A stretch of DNA of 64,000 nucleotides, from contig NC_042998.1 in the NCBI RefSeq assembly GCF_006345805.1, positions 77,314,001-77,378,000 on the forward strand. The letters run 5' to 3'. Below are positions 39,450 through 51,275 of this stretch, one piece after another. The translations under genes and the position numbers were made by a program. This DNA is from Octopus sinensis. Lineage: Eukaryota. The notes under the pieces were generated by a model, which saw only the letters and a program-made list of their open reading frames with translations, did no database searches and was not told the DNA's origin. The stretch's first letter is position 1, and each line of letters opens with the position of its first letter.

Positions 39450-39870
39450 TAAAGGTCCTTTTTATAAATGTACATGAGGCTCAAAATAACGATGTACAAG
39501 TGTTTTACATCATTCGTGTACGTGTGACCAGGAGCCACAGACGCGGAAAAATGTGCCACTATTTTCACCATGGACATCATATCACATTAGAATATACAAC
39601 TCCTTCCAACAAATGTTCATTCAGCCCTTATATATTTCCCACCCACACCAATCTTCCTAGAACTACCAAGGTTCTCTGTTAGGCTAAACACGTCCTCGCT
39701 CTGATTTATTTCCTCTTTTCAAGTGAATTTTTTAAGCAGCTCTGTGGGAGCTACAATGCCATCATTGTTGTAAACATCTTTGTTGGCCCCATCACAGATT
39801 AGACCTTTGTCCAAGAGCTGTACGGTGGATAATACAGTTGGTATTACCGTGCTACTTAGACACCAAGTTG
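39450..39870 (+). mobile_element. Degenerate Penelope-like RT fragment in the opposite orientation to the adjacent endonuclease fragment
   Basis: IFTMDIISH aligns with LFTLDIQSL, VLALIYFLFSSEFFKQLCG with VLSLNCFLFTGDFYQQFSG, and VNIFVGPI with ANLSVGYV of the 45 kb PLE RT. Confidence 0.55.
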
Positions 39871-40070
39871 ATAATGTTTTTTCATTTGTTACCTCTACCT
39901 GATAAGAATTCCTCTGTACTATATTGAATACTCATTTTAACTTCTAAGTCGTCACTCTCGCCATCAACAGTATCTATCTGTCCGCATCAATCTACTACTT
40001 TCCAATAACACCAAAGCCTACCTTCACTCATCTTAAGCACACCATATCAATTATAATATTCTCTTATTCT

Positions 40071-40454
40071 AAGGTGGCCTGCTGGCAGAAACTTTTGCAC
40101 GCTTAGCGGTATTTTGTCTGCCGTTACGTTCTGAGTTCAAATTCTGTAGAGGTCGACTTTGCCTTTCATCTTTTCGGGGTCGATTAAACAAGTACCAGTT
40201 ACGCACTGGGGTCGATATAATCGACTTAATCCGTTTGTCTGTCCTTGTTTGTCCTCTCTGTGCTTGTGAGTAGTAAAGAAATAGGTATTTTGTCAGTGTT
40301 TACGTTCCGAGTTCAAATTCCGTCAAGGTCGACTTTGCCTTTCATCCTTTTGGTGTCGATCAATTAAGCACCAGTTGCGTACTGGGGTCGATCTAATTGA
40401 CTGGCCCCGTCCCACAAAATTTCGGACCTTGTGCCTAGAGTAGAAAAGAATATT
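40071..40454 (+). mobile_element. Dimeric tRNA-derived SINE (two head-to-tail units with different tails)
   Basis: Two copies of TACGTTCYGAGTTCAAATTC..AGGTCGACTTTGCCTTTCATC..GTCGAT..AAGYACCAGTT..ACTGGGGTCGAT (40126-40220 and 40301-40394). Unit 2 lacks the A-box part. Confidence 0.85.
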
Positions 40455-43140
40455 TTCCCATTCTTCACTCGTGGTCGACTTCGTTACAAAGATTTTGATT
40501 TCGAAACCTTACGTGAAAAAAAATTCAACGATTCATCCTCAATCAACGCATACTCGATCGATGAGCACGTCCTCCACCACTCTCAAGCCATCGAATAAAC
40601 ACTGCTCCCCTAACATACCTACACATACCTACAAATACCTACAAACCTGTTTTGACTCTGTTTGTCCTCCCATTGTCCATTTCTATGAAACTCACAGTTA
40701 TCTGCAACTTCCAAATGTCACTCATTGAACTTTTCCCACCTCTTCTCACTTTCAAGAAGATAAGAATCTCCCAAAACCAATTGATTGGCGACTCCATAGC
40801 TACAGTCTCCTTGAGTCCACGTATGCGTATTTGTAGGTATACATATGTTCATGTGTGTGCGTGTGCGCGTGCGCGCACAAACTTACTCATTTTTATTATA
40901 AATTGCAGCGACTACTAATCACGTGAAGATGTTTTTGAAGCGTTTATCTGAAAATCTGTAGTCATAATTTAAATGTCTGTTTGAGAAAAACAACGAATGG
41001 AGATCTGAATTATATTACAAAATTAAATTATAAAGGCCTTTTAATACAATGTCATTAATAGATAAACATCGATATAAACTATTCCTGTTTTTTATATATT
41101 GATGCTACCTTAAAACTGCTTCATTTATACTCGATTTTAGATGGCTCGTATTAGTAGATTCTTTCATTCTTATTCCTCTATTGCTCTTGACGTTGTTGCT
41201 ACCGCTATATTGTTTCTTTTCTATTCGCCTACTCTTTTCCGTTTTCATTTTCTCCTATTGTTACTTAGAACTTTTTATTCTTAAATATTTTTCACATTTC
41301 GTTAGATATATTTCAGTTAGTGTTCTTCTTGTTCAGTATTTACTTCATCTATTCTGTTGATGTGCTACGGTTTAATACTAGTACTTCAGGATTTAGTTTC
41401 CCCTTCTAAGTGTATGGGGTCTGTCATCGTAGTTTACTGTGTCAAATATTTTAACCTTAAGTTTTATACTCTCTACATGTGGAGTATTTTTGTTTACTAA
41501 TAGCTCAGTTCTTATATGTTGTTACGAATTCTTTTTAATGCCTCTTTTGTATGATATATATCTATTGCTCTTTGGGAATCTAATTGCAATTATCAAGTGT
41601 TCTGGGATGAAACATTGTTTTTGAACAACACTCTATACTCATTAGAACAGGATTTTATTTCATAGGAAAATTTTCCCAGATATATTTTACTTGAAATATT
41701 GTTACAGTATATGAATGCAAATTATTAGCCTTCATTTTCTTTTAGTGTATGCCATTTATTTTATTTTGTGATTAGAATACGTTCTCTTCAATGAATTAGA
41801 AATTTGTAATCCGTGGCTCTTTCAGTTTCTTACCAAGATTATTTACTATTATATATTATGTCACTGCTAAATATTTCAGTCAGAAGCTTACCTTCATATT
41901 ATTTCCAAATATTTTGTTATTTTAGAGCTTAGAGTTTCTTACGTTAATATGGCCGCCATAAATTTTCAAGTGTTATGTTCTTCGTTTTAAAAAAGAATCT
42001 TTCCGCTGTGAAACTTTGATTTCCATACTTCCTCCCAGAATTGTCTACAACTTTGATACTGCATTGATCTTTGCTCCTTTCATCCGATTTTAAATAGAAC
42101 ACGGTTTGGTCTCAAACATTTCCGTGTGCTTTTTTTAGAAAAAAACCAAGTTACTTTTCAGACGGAATGTCTGCAATGGAGCGAGTAACTGTTGCTTTAA
42201 TTATCCTTTTATTTGAGATAAAATGATTTGGGCTATATTTCACCGCATTTAGCGCCTATTTATATAGTTTCGTTAATAACAGGGACACGTTTTCTTTTAT
42301 TTACAGCCATTTTTGTATGTTGATTGCTGATTTTTATACACCTATATGATGTAAAGTAATGGTATATACACCTATATGATGTATATATATACACCTATAT
42401 GATGTAAAGTAATGTGACAGTTGTGCATATTATGTTGTCTGAATTATTGATATTCGTGCTTCTATGCGATGAGTAAGTTTAATTTTTTTAATTTTTGTTG
42501 ATATTTCATCGAGCGGTTCTAACTTCTGCATATAATTTAATTATACGAAAGGAAAATCCTTTATTTAATGCTTTATGTCCACCTTTAAATTTTTGTCATA
42601 TTAATATCCGTCGTTGTAGTATCTATATTTATTACATCTTCGGATATTCCTTTGCTTTTTGTTTCCATAACTTTGTGTATTACTTTCGTTCGTTATTTCT
42701 CTATTTGTTTTTATCCAAGGGCTTCAATTTCTCTATTTTTAACAATTCAATTTATTTGAAGTTATTAGCCGTAACTACGTAGACTGCATTTTGGGAGTAA
42801 TTATTTGCTTCGTTGATTTTCTCTCTCTTCCTTTCTACTGTGTATTCAATTTCAATTTTTGCATATTTGTTTAGCTTTGTAAATGCGTCTTAAGTCAACA
42901 AGTATGTTTAAATTTCAACATAAATCTTAAATTCATACGGGTGTACTGTGTTTTCTATTTGGTAGGAGTTTGTGTCAATAAAAACATAAACGGAATTCTT
43001 TTCGTATCTATTTTTGCCTTTCCTATATATTATGTACAATTACTGGCCCCTAATTTAGAAAATCTCTATTTCATAGGCTTTTTACAATTATTTTCCCATA
43101 ATGTCCATTTTTGTACGATCGATGTTCATATTTATTAGTT

Positions 43141-43340
43141 TCAAATACTGGCACAAGGCCAGCAGTTTCGAGTGCGGGGTATTTTGATAACATCGACCCA
43201 AGTGCTCAACAAGTATTTATATAAGGTAAAAGATAAATTGCAAAGTCGACCTCGGCATTATTTGAACTCAGAACACAGCGACGGACGAAATGCTGCTAGT
43301 TATATTTGTCCTGCGTGTTTACTATTCTGTCAGTTCATTA
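43141..43340 (-). mobile_element. tRNA-derived SINE monomer
   Basis: Reverse complement of the same family (GTCGACCTCGGC..TTTGAACTCAGAAC). Tail GCTGGCCTTGTGCCAGTATTTGA. Confidence 0.8.
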
Positions 43341-44729
43341 TTCTAATATTCATATTTATTATGCATGACATTCGTATAACGTATTCTCCTTTCAAATTTG
43401 GGCTACATGATGCAGTTCGTATTTGTAAATATTTTCATTTTTTCCGGTATGCTAAAAAATGTTGTTTGGTATTAATGTGACCCTTGATGCTTTAGTTAAT
43501 TACGCGCATTTGAAATGCACTACTTATATTTGATACCGTTCCATGATCATCTGCTTCTTGTTTTTTGTCTTCTTTCTTTTGCATCATCTGCTTTTCTCAT
43601 AGAAATTGCTTTTGATATCGTTGGCTTTGGTTACTCATAAGCAAACGTCTCTAAGTGAAGTCTGGAAAGACTTATTATGTTATGAGTTTTACTTAATGCA
43701 ATATTACATTAATTGATCTTTAGTACTTGGACCTCTTAAATGTTCACATTTAGAATAATGTAGAATAAATAAGAAATGCTGTTTTTATATATTTGATTTT
43801 TTAATTATTTTTCTTTTAATTTATACAACAATATAAATATTCGACTGTATTTGTGGTTACTTTTATAACTGCGTAGTTGTTACATTTACAACTGTGTTCC
43901 GAAAGCGGGGCGGATATATTTTTCAATGTTTTGCTAACAACGACATCATAAATTGAAAAACAACACTTACACAAGCTACCATATCATTTTCATTATTCGG
44001 AAGAATTATAATTTTAGAACGCAGAAAAAATATTTCACACACTCCAATCCAACAACAAAAACAGCAACGAAATTAATGAATATATTGTTACAGTTGAAAG
44101 CCATTAGTATAATCCGTGAGAGAATTTCGGATACAAATAGATGTGGGAAATGTCTTCACAAGTATTCTTCCTTTTCCCTGATGACTTTATCGAAGAAACA
44201 GCAGGGTAAAAAAAAATATCCCCTTGCGTTTTGAAAATCGAAGGTACTGCTAATATACTTTCAGTAGTTTAAAAAGACTTCCCTTTTTATAAAATGTCGC
44301 TGTTTCATTGACGGGAACATATTATATGGGAGTACGTGCATAGTATTGTGGACTAAGGACGAAAGGAACAGAAAACTAATGTGATGCGACATTTCTGCTG
44401 GAGTATATAGGAAAGTATTACACCTGGTTAACAACCACTGCCAAAGACATTGTCATTTACAATGACCACTGAATAGTAGTCGCATATGTGAAATATTAAG
44501 AACTGGAATACTAAAGAGATAACCATAAACGACATTTGGCATGGTGGGTTTTGCTAAAAGATGCAGGTTCTGAGGTTAAAAGAGAATATTCCAAGAGATA
44601 TATTTTCATAGATGCGAATTCAAACGCCGTTGGATTGATATTACAATAAAGAAAACCAAGCAGTTAAAAGCATATCGGTAACTGCCACTGAACTATTTTG
44701 TATTTTAAGGATAGGAATATTTAAATTAC

Positions 44730-44730
<1 letters not shown>

Positions 44731-44808
<78 letters not shown>
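44731..44808. repeat. (AG)n microsatellite
   Basis: Direct inspection. Confidence 0.95.
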
Positions 44809-44812
<4 letters not shown>

Positions 44813-45139
44813 AAAGATGGATAGAGATGTAGAGGAAGCATGAGAATGGCTGTTATTAGATTAAGTGTTAAGATTACCTATACACTACACAGCAGTTCCG
44901 AACACTCCGTGAGTGGTGTGTTCCGTCGTGTTTTAAAAATTCAGTTTCCTTTTTGTAGGACAAACATAACACGCACCAACACACTTTCTGTAACATAATT
45001 TACAACACGTTTCTAAATAACATATTAAGTTTTTATCAAATAGATTAAATGATAATTGTTCATATTTTATTTTATTGAAACTTGAAGGTCGAAAGGCAAT
45101 GTAACACAAAATGATTTTCCCCTTGAAGTTCATCTTGCG

Positions 45140-45940
45140 AACGGTGGGACACATCCTCAACGCTAACAAATCAGCAAGGATGAGGATTGACAGAAGAATA
45201 GCTGTGTTGGCATTTTGAAGGGAAGGACACCGAAACACATATATTGGCAGCGTGATAGACAGTACTTACAACCGAGAGAAACAGATGGAATTCGTAACGA
45301 GGCAGGTCGCACCGATACACTCGTCAATGTAACGGCTGTATGGTTCGGGAGTGGGACCAGTGAAACTTGAGAACATTTGGGCCTCAACGTAGCCAACGGA
45401 CAGGTTCGCATAGTTAGGACCGATTCTCATTCCCATGGCCACTCCCGAGAACTGCTGGTAAAAATCACCCGTGAACAAGAAGCAGTTGAGTGAGAGGACA
45501 AGTTCGGTCAGACGAACGGGTGTGGATGTGTCAGGTTGGGGGTTGGATCGAAGGTCAATGAAATGTTGGAGTGTAGGCAGCCCCTGGTGGTGAAGGATCA
45601 CCGTGTAAAGGCTCTGGATGTCGAGAGTGAAGAGAAGTTTAGAAGAGCCAGGAGGGAAGGAGAAAGAGTTGAACAAACGAAGCGCATGGTTGGTGTCATG
45701 GATGTGAAAGGGGAGGAAAGCCACTAGGGGGGGGGGCGCAATGATACGGTCAAAATATCGGGAGATGAGTTCGGTGGAGCAGGTGCAGGTGGAGACGATG
45801 GAGCGGCCAGGGTTGTAAGGTTTGTGGATTTTAGGGTGGAAGTAAATTGTGGGGGTGCAAGAGGTGCAGATATTGAGGTTGGAAGCGGTGGCGGAAGACG
45901 GGAAGAGGAGATAAGGACATGGATAGTGGAGGGCACATTC
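45140..45940 (-). mobile_element. Penelope-like element reverse transcriptase fragment
   Basis: IYFHPKIHKPYNPGRSIVSTCTCSTELISRYFD, HDTNHAL, LFTLDIQSLYT, YQQFSGVAMGMRIGPNYANL, YSRYIDE. Frameshifted and truncated at both ends. Confidence 0.88.
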
Positions 45941-48357
45941 TGTTATTTACATATGGTAAGACTTTTACTCCACTGCAAATTAAAGTCCTGTGGACAGTGA
46001 AGAATTCAACATCTATCGATGTTCTTTCATTTTGACGTGTTCCACAAATACAAAACTTGAGTTGCTCTAAAGTTGAGATTTCAATAGCAGCCTACACTGA
46101 AATACTCAGTATAAATAAAATAATTAAATGGTTGCATTGTGTATATAATGCTTTTAATGTACAAACACAAATCTGTAGTAGTACAACTTGTTTGCCACCC
46201 ACAAAACAAAGAAGCTGATTGCTCACATAGAAAGCAATGGTTACACATGTTATATCAAAACTGAATTATATACATACTTAGTGTACAGATCATTAAGAAG
46301 CTAACTTTCTTAATATATACAAGTGAATGTAGGTATGTTTGCTCTAGGTTTTAGACCACCTATTGACTCTAGCTATCTGAATGCTCGCTTCGGGTGTCCT
46401 TTCAGGGTCCCCTGAACCGAGCTTTTAAAGGGGAATATCTAATACAGATGTATAGCACGTCTTCGTCACTCGCGTCTGTGAACCTCTCAGTACAGTATAA
46501 TGTAAGATACATCATTGTATAGAAAAACATCTGTTGTGAATACTGCAACTTCTATACAGTTCCACACACACAGACGCACACCCACGCACACACAAACACA
46601 CACATACACACACACGCAATCACTCACTCACTCACACGCCCACACACATAAAATAAAAACGATATTAAATATAGAAGGTTTATTGCTAGTGAAATATAAG
46701 CCAAACATCAACGCACAGTAAAGGAATATATGAATCAAAGCATAAAATTTACCAGTAATTAACCGTTTAACAATTTCAAATCTGCTGGCGGCTTTTATGC
46801 ATTAAAAAATACGAAATCTATGATCACCCACGTAGTTGTGAGAGAAGGTTTTAAAAATCTCTTTCTGTGAATTATTTCCGAATTTTCTATAACATTCTTT
46901 CCATTAGAAAATTCATCTACAGAAATAGAACCTCTTTATGGTTTCTCCAAACTTATGACGATATATTTATAATAAATATACTAACCACTGCATAGAAGTA
47001 TCAGTGAAACAATAGTTTGTAAATGAACAAAAAACATTGAAAGGAAGCTGTGTTTAAAAGTTAACTGATCATAGTTAATATGTTAATTACGTTTTGACAT
47101 CAACACACCTTATAAAAGCTAATCAAGATGTCGATGAGATATTTTTTAATATCTAATATAGAAACGCTAAGTATATTATCTGCTTAATGCTAATTTAGTT
47201 GTTACTTATATCAAAGGATACGATGAGGTTCTAGAACGTACAATTATAAAGTAAGATATTGAAATCTTGTAATTGAATCAGTTAAACAGAATTAAACTCA
47301 GTGACATATTCAGCTTTCCCTGATAATCTTATTCACTTCGTAAACAAGACGTTTATTGCATAGTTATATGATCACTTCTTTGAGAGGAACTATTTAAGTA
47401 TTCACGCAGGGGATTTCTTTATAATTGATATCCTGTAAAGAAGTGGCTAGCAAAACATAATGAACCACTATTACAAAAAATAGTTGCGCAGTGAGCACAG
47501 TCATATTTTATTTGTTTGCTCTGCGAATTCACATGCTTTACACATTAATCGTTTGGGTTCAGCAGCATTGCTTCATAAATATCCAGCAGGTGGTAAAATA
47601 CTAATAAGTTTCCTGTTTGCATGCTGGGCTGCTGTCTAGGATTCTGTTATATTTTTACTTTAGCATTTTTTTCGTTTTATTTTGTAACTGTCGAACTTTT
47701 AAATTTAATATTTTTATTTGTCTTAAGCCCCTCATTTTAGTAAATAGTTTCATTACTTTAAGGTACTTATATTACTTAACTTGACGTTTCCTTTTACACG
47801 CATGTGTGATTGTCTTATCACTTGTTGCCTGTTCACATTCCAGATGTGGTACTGAAATGATAAACAATTTAAGAGCATGAAAAAGAAACAAGTATTCTCG
47901 TTGGGAACGTAAAACATTATGTTAACAGCATTTACAAACGAAGAAAATTATTGTGAAATACGTCTGTGGTAAATACGCATTTCTAGAGCTTTTAGTGCAT
48001 TCTCATTTTTGAAATGTAAGGTTTTAACCAAAATGTCTAACCACAAAATTGTAGCATTTCAGAGAACAGCATACACATATTTTCGAAAACTAGTTCATAA
48101 GTTAATGGTTTGTTTTAAAATGATACGTGCTGATAAACAAGACGTCATAACTAGCTAATCGTGTAGGACTGTTGTGAAGTTATTAAAATCGGAAAAATGT
48201 TATTCATATCTTAAGAATTTTCCACGCGTTATATTTTGATAGTCTCAACAGTGGAGGCCACTGAAGGATTTCACCAATGTCTTTTCCATAACTTTTGTTC
48301 ACCTTGATTATTTCGAATAATCCGCTGTCATGTAGGGTAATTCTGTATACTATATTG

Positions 48358-48600
48358 GAAGGTAACTGGCTTAGTGTATTGCATTGATGATCGCATGATC
48401 ACGGGCTCGATTCTCTGACAGGGAGGTGTGCTGTGTTCTTGAGCAAGCTACTTCAATTCACTCACCCCAGTACACTCAGCTATAAATGAGTGACCCTGCG
48501 ATGGCCTGACAGACCCTTAATTTGCCTAAAGTGATAGTAGTCCCTTATATGCCATGGGAACCGGGTAAGTGGCCCTATGACTCCTAGGACTTCGATATAA
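48358..48600 (+). mobile_element. CORE-like SINE, diverged
   Basis: TGGCTTAGTG..GGCTCGATTC..TGTGTTCTTGAGCAAG..TACACTCAGCTATAAATGAG. Confidence 0.7.
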
Positions 48601-49580
48601 AGAGAACTCATCACCTCAAGTGTTTTTAGTTACATATTGAGTTTATTAATTTCTTAGATCTGCCTGCTTTGAATACTTAGGACTATAATTAGCATGAAAT
48701 ACAAATCCACCGATTGAACTTTCTTCGCTTCTGATATCATTGTGGGTTGGTGTACCTATTAAATTTGTTGTTTCTAGACAAAACATGATCAATAACATTC
48801 ACTGTAGACGGAAGGAAGGAATTTTAGCTTTATGGTTGGAACTGCAGTCTATGAAAGAATCGACATCAAAATCATTTCATTTATGATGTGCCAATCCCTG
48901 AAGTAGCATTCAAAAGATTAATTAAGCTCGGTTATGAAGTGTCAAGAGCATTTAGGAATAACTTTTCCCGCCTCGTTTTTCATGTTTAGTCTTTTTTTTC
49001 ATCATTTACCAATCTAGAATGATAACAGCAATGCTTAATGAGGAATCACAGTGGTTTCTTTATTCAATCAGTACATATACAGTGTAACGGATTAACAATG
49101 TTTTGAGCATGCATATCTGTAATTGGTAAATATCTAGCAACGGTTTAGTAGCTTCTATGGACAATACAATGAGAAATTATCCTTGATTGAGCTTCCATTA
49201 ATGTGGATTTGAAAAAGGCTGCCAATATAAATATGTAGTCATAAGCAGACTGTCAGAAAGTATGGTTTAATCATTAACAAAATGGTCTTCTTTCCATCGA
49301 AGAGCAAGAAGATTGTCATATACAATTATAGATGAAGCACTTGAAAAAGAGATCATTTGAAAACTTTTATCACTGAACATATTTTTACAAAGAAGTGAAT
49401 GTTTATTAGATCGAGATATTGGCACATCTAAGCAAAGTCAATCTGGCAATTGTGATATAATTCCATTTCACGATTTCACCGTTTTAAACGGATCCGTATT
49501 TAGTAGATTTTCTCGCGAAACAGTCACAAGTACACATCAAAGTGGTTCCATTTCAAGTAGTAGGCACAATTGTAAATACG

Positions 49581-49609
49581 GTAGTAGTAATAGTAGTAGT
49601 AGCAGTAGC

Positions 49610-49663
<54 letters not shown>

Positions 49664-49745
49664 TACGATGATGCAGTTTGTGGCGGTGCAGTTGTTGTTG
49701 TTGGTGGTGATAGTGCATTGTAGTGGTGGTAGTAGTAGCAAGGAG
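49581..49745. repeat. (GTA)n microsatellite decaying into GTN triplets
   Basis: Direct inspection. Confidence 0.9.
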
Positions 49746-50809
49746 AGTAGAAGTAGTTGTAAAAGGTAAAGAAGGGAGGTAAGGGGCAAGGAAGAGAGAA
49801 AATCAGTTATGTTTCCACATAGGTCGGATTTAACAGAATATCCAGAAGATATTTTGTCCGAAAGCTGGAATTTTGTGTTGTCGGAAGGAAGTTCTTATAT
49901 CGTAAATTAATGCAATAAATTTCAATATTTCTTGTTAGAAAACTTCGATTTTTTTTTATTTCTGGAGACCTATTCTATTTTCGTCTGATGATATATGTAT
50001 TAATTATTCAATTATCTATTGGAAATATTTTATTATAAACAAACATTTCCATAGAGCTAGAAACTAATGAATTTTGTATGTCCTCGAGAGATTAAGATCA
50101 ATAGGATTCCTTGTATTTCTATTGAAAGCTATGTAAACTCATTCTAAAAGAGCTATCTTAACTCTAAATTTCTCTTACTAAATCTCATGACATTGCTTCT
50201 AATAAATCTTGATTTTTATGACTATACCATCTAGAATGCCTGTCTACTCTCTCAACTCTACCCCAAACAGATACTGCCCTCTTTTTCTCTCAGCCTTAAA
50301 TATACAAGGGATTTGATAAACTAGACTATAAATTAAAAATGACCCCATAAAAAGACAAAAAATCAGTGACAGGCAGTGTCTAATTGAAAGTTATAGTTAC
50401 GGCTATGCTGATGTAGGGACAAAATGTCCTTTGCCTATCTCCTTAACTTCTTGGAGATTTTAGGTATGATTATACTAATGTGTCCATCTGTTCTAATTTA
50501 ACTAAATTCTTTGTCTTTGTGCAGCTGAAGATTGCTCTACATTTTAAATATATGTAATGATAGCATTGTTCATTTAAATGGAGTTGCATGAAACGATCGA
50601 ACTGCATAACCTTTGGATATCCTTGTTGCTTATTTTGATTTATATATATATGTGTGTGCGTGTGTGTGTGTGCATGTATTTATATATATGCGCGCGTATA
50701 CGCATACACATTTGCATGTCTATTTGAGGGAGATATGCATTTCCATTTCGAAAGTCAGAAACGTGCACTATATGAACTTTTGTCTGACAAAGCAGGCAGA
50801 ATTTTAACC

Positions 50810-51101
50810 TTTTATCTTTTAATTGTTTTGCCAGTGCACAGCAGTCGTGTTGGTGCACCGACTTGAAGGGTTTAGCCGAAGAGAATAACCACAATATTAT
50901 TTGAACGTCCTGTACACATCATATCAGTCTTTTATGTCACATCGCTGCGTTAAAGGACGTACAAAAAACAAAATTAAAAAACACAACTAGTCAAATGGTG
51001 GTGGTGTTAGTGGGGAGAAACACAACGATACACAGATACATCAATGCAGACACAAATATAACACACACGCACATACATACATATATACATACATACATAC
51101 A

Positions 51102-51135
<34 letters not shown>

Positions 51136-51275
51136 CGATGGGCTTTTAGTTTCCATCTATCAAACCCAAACACATGGCTGTAGTAGAAACACTTCTCCTA
51201 GGTGCCATGCAGTGAGGTCGAACTTGCGATCATTCAGCTTGAAAGCAAAGTTCTACCACAAAACCATGCCTGATC
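50810..51275 (-). mobile_element. SINE of the same third family with an expanded internal (TACA)n tract
   Basis: GTAGTAGAAACACTTCTCCTAGGTGCCATGCAGTG matches the 23.8 kb copy. The 3' half includes GAAGGGTTTAGCCGAAGA. Confidence 0.65.
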
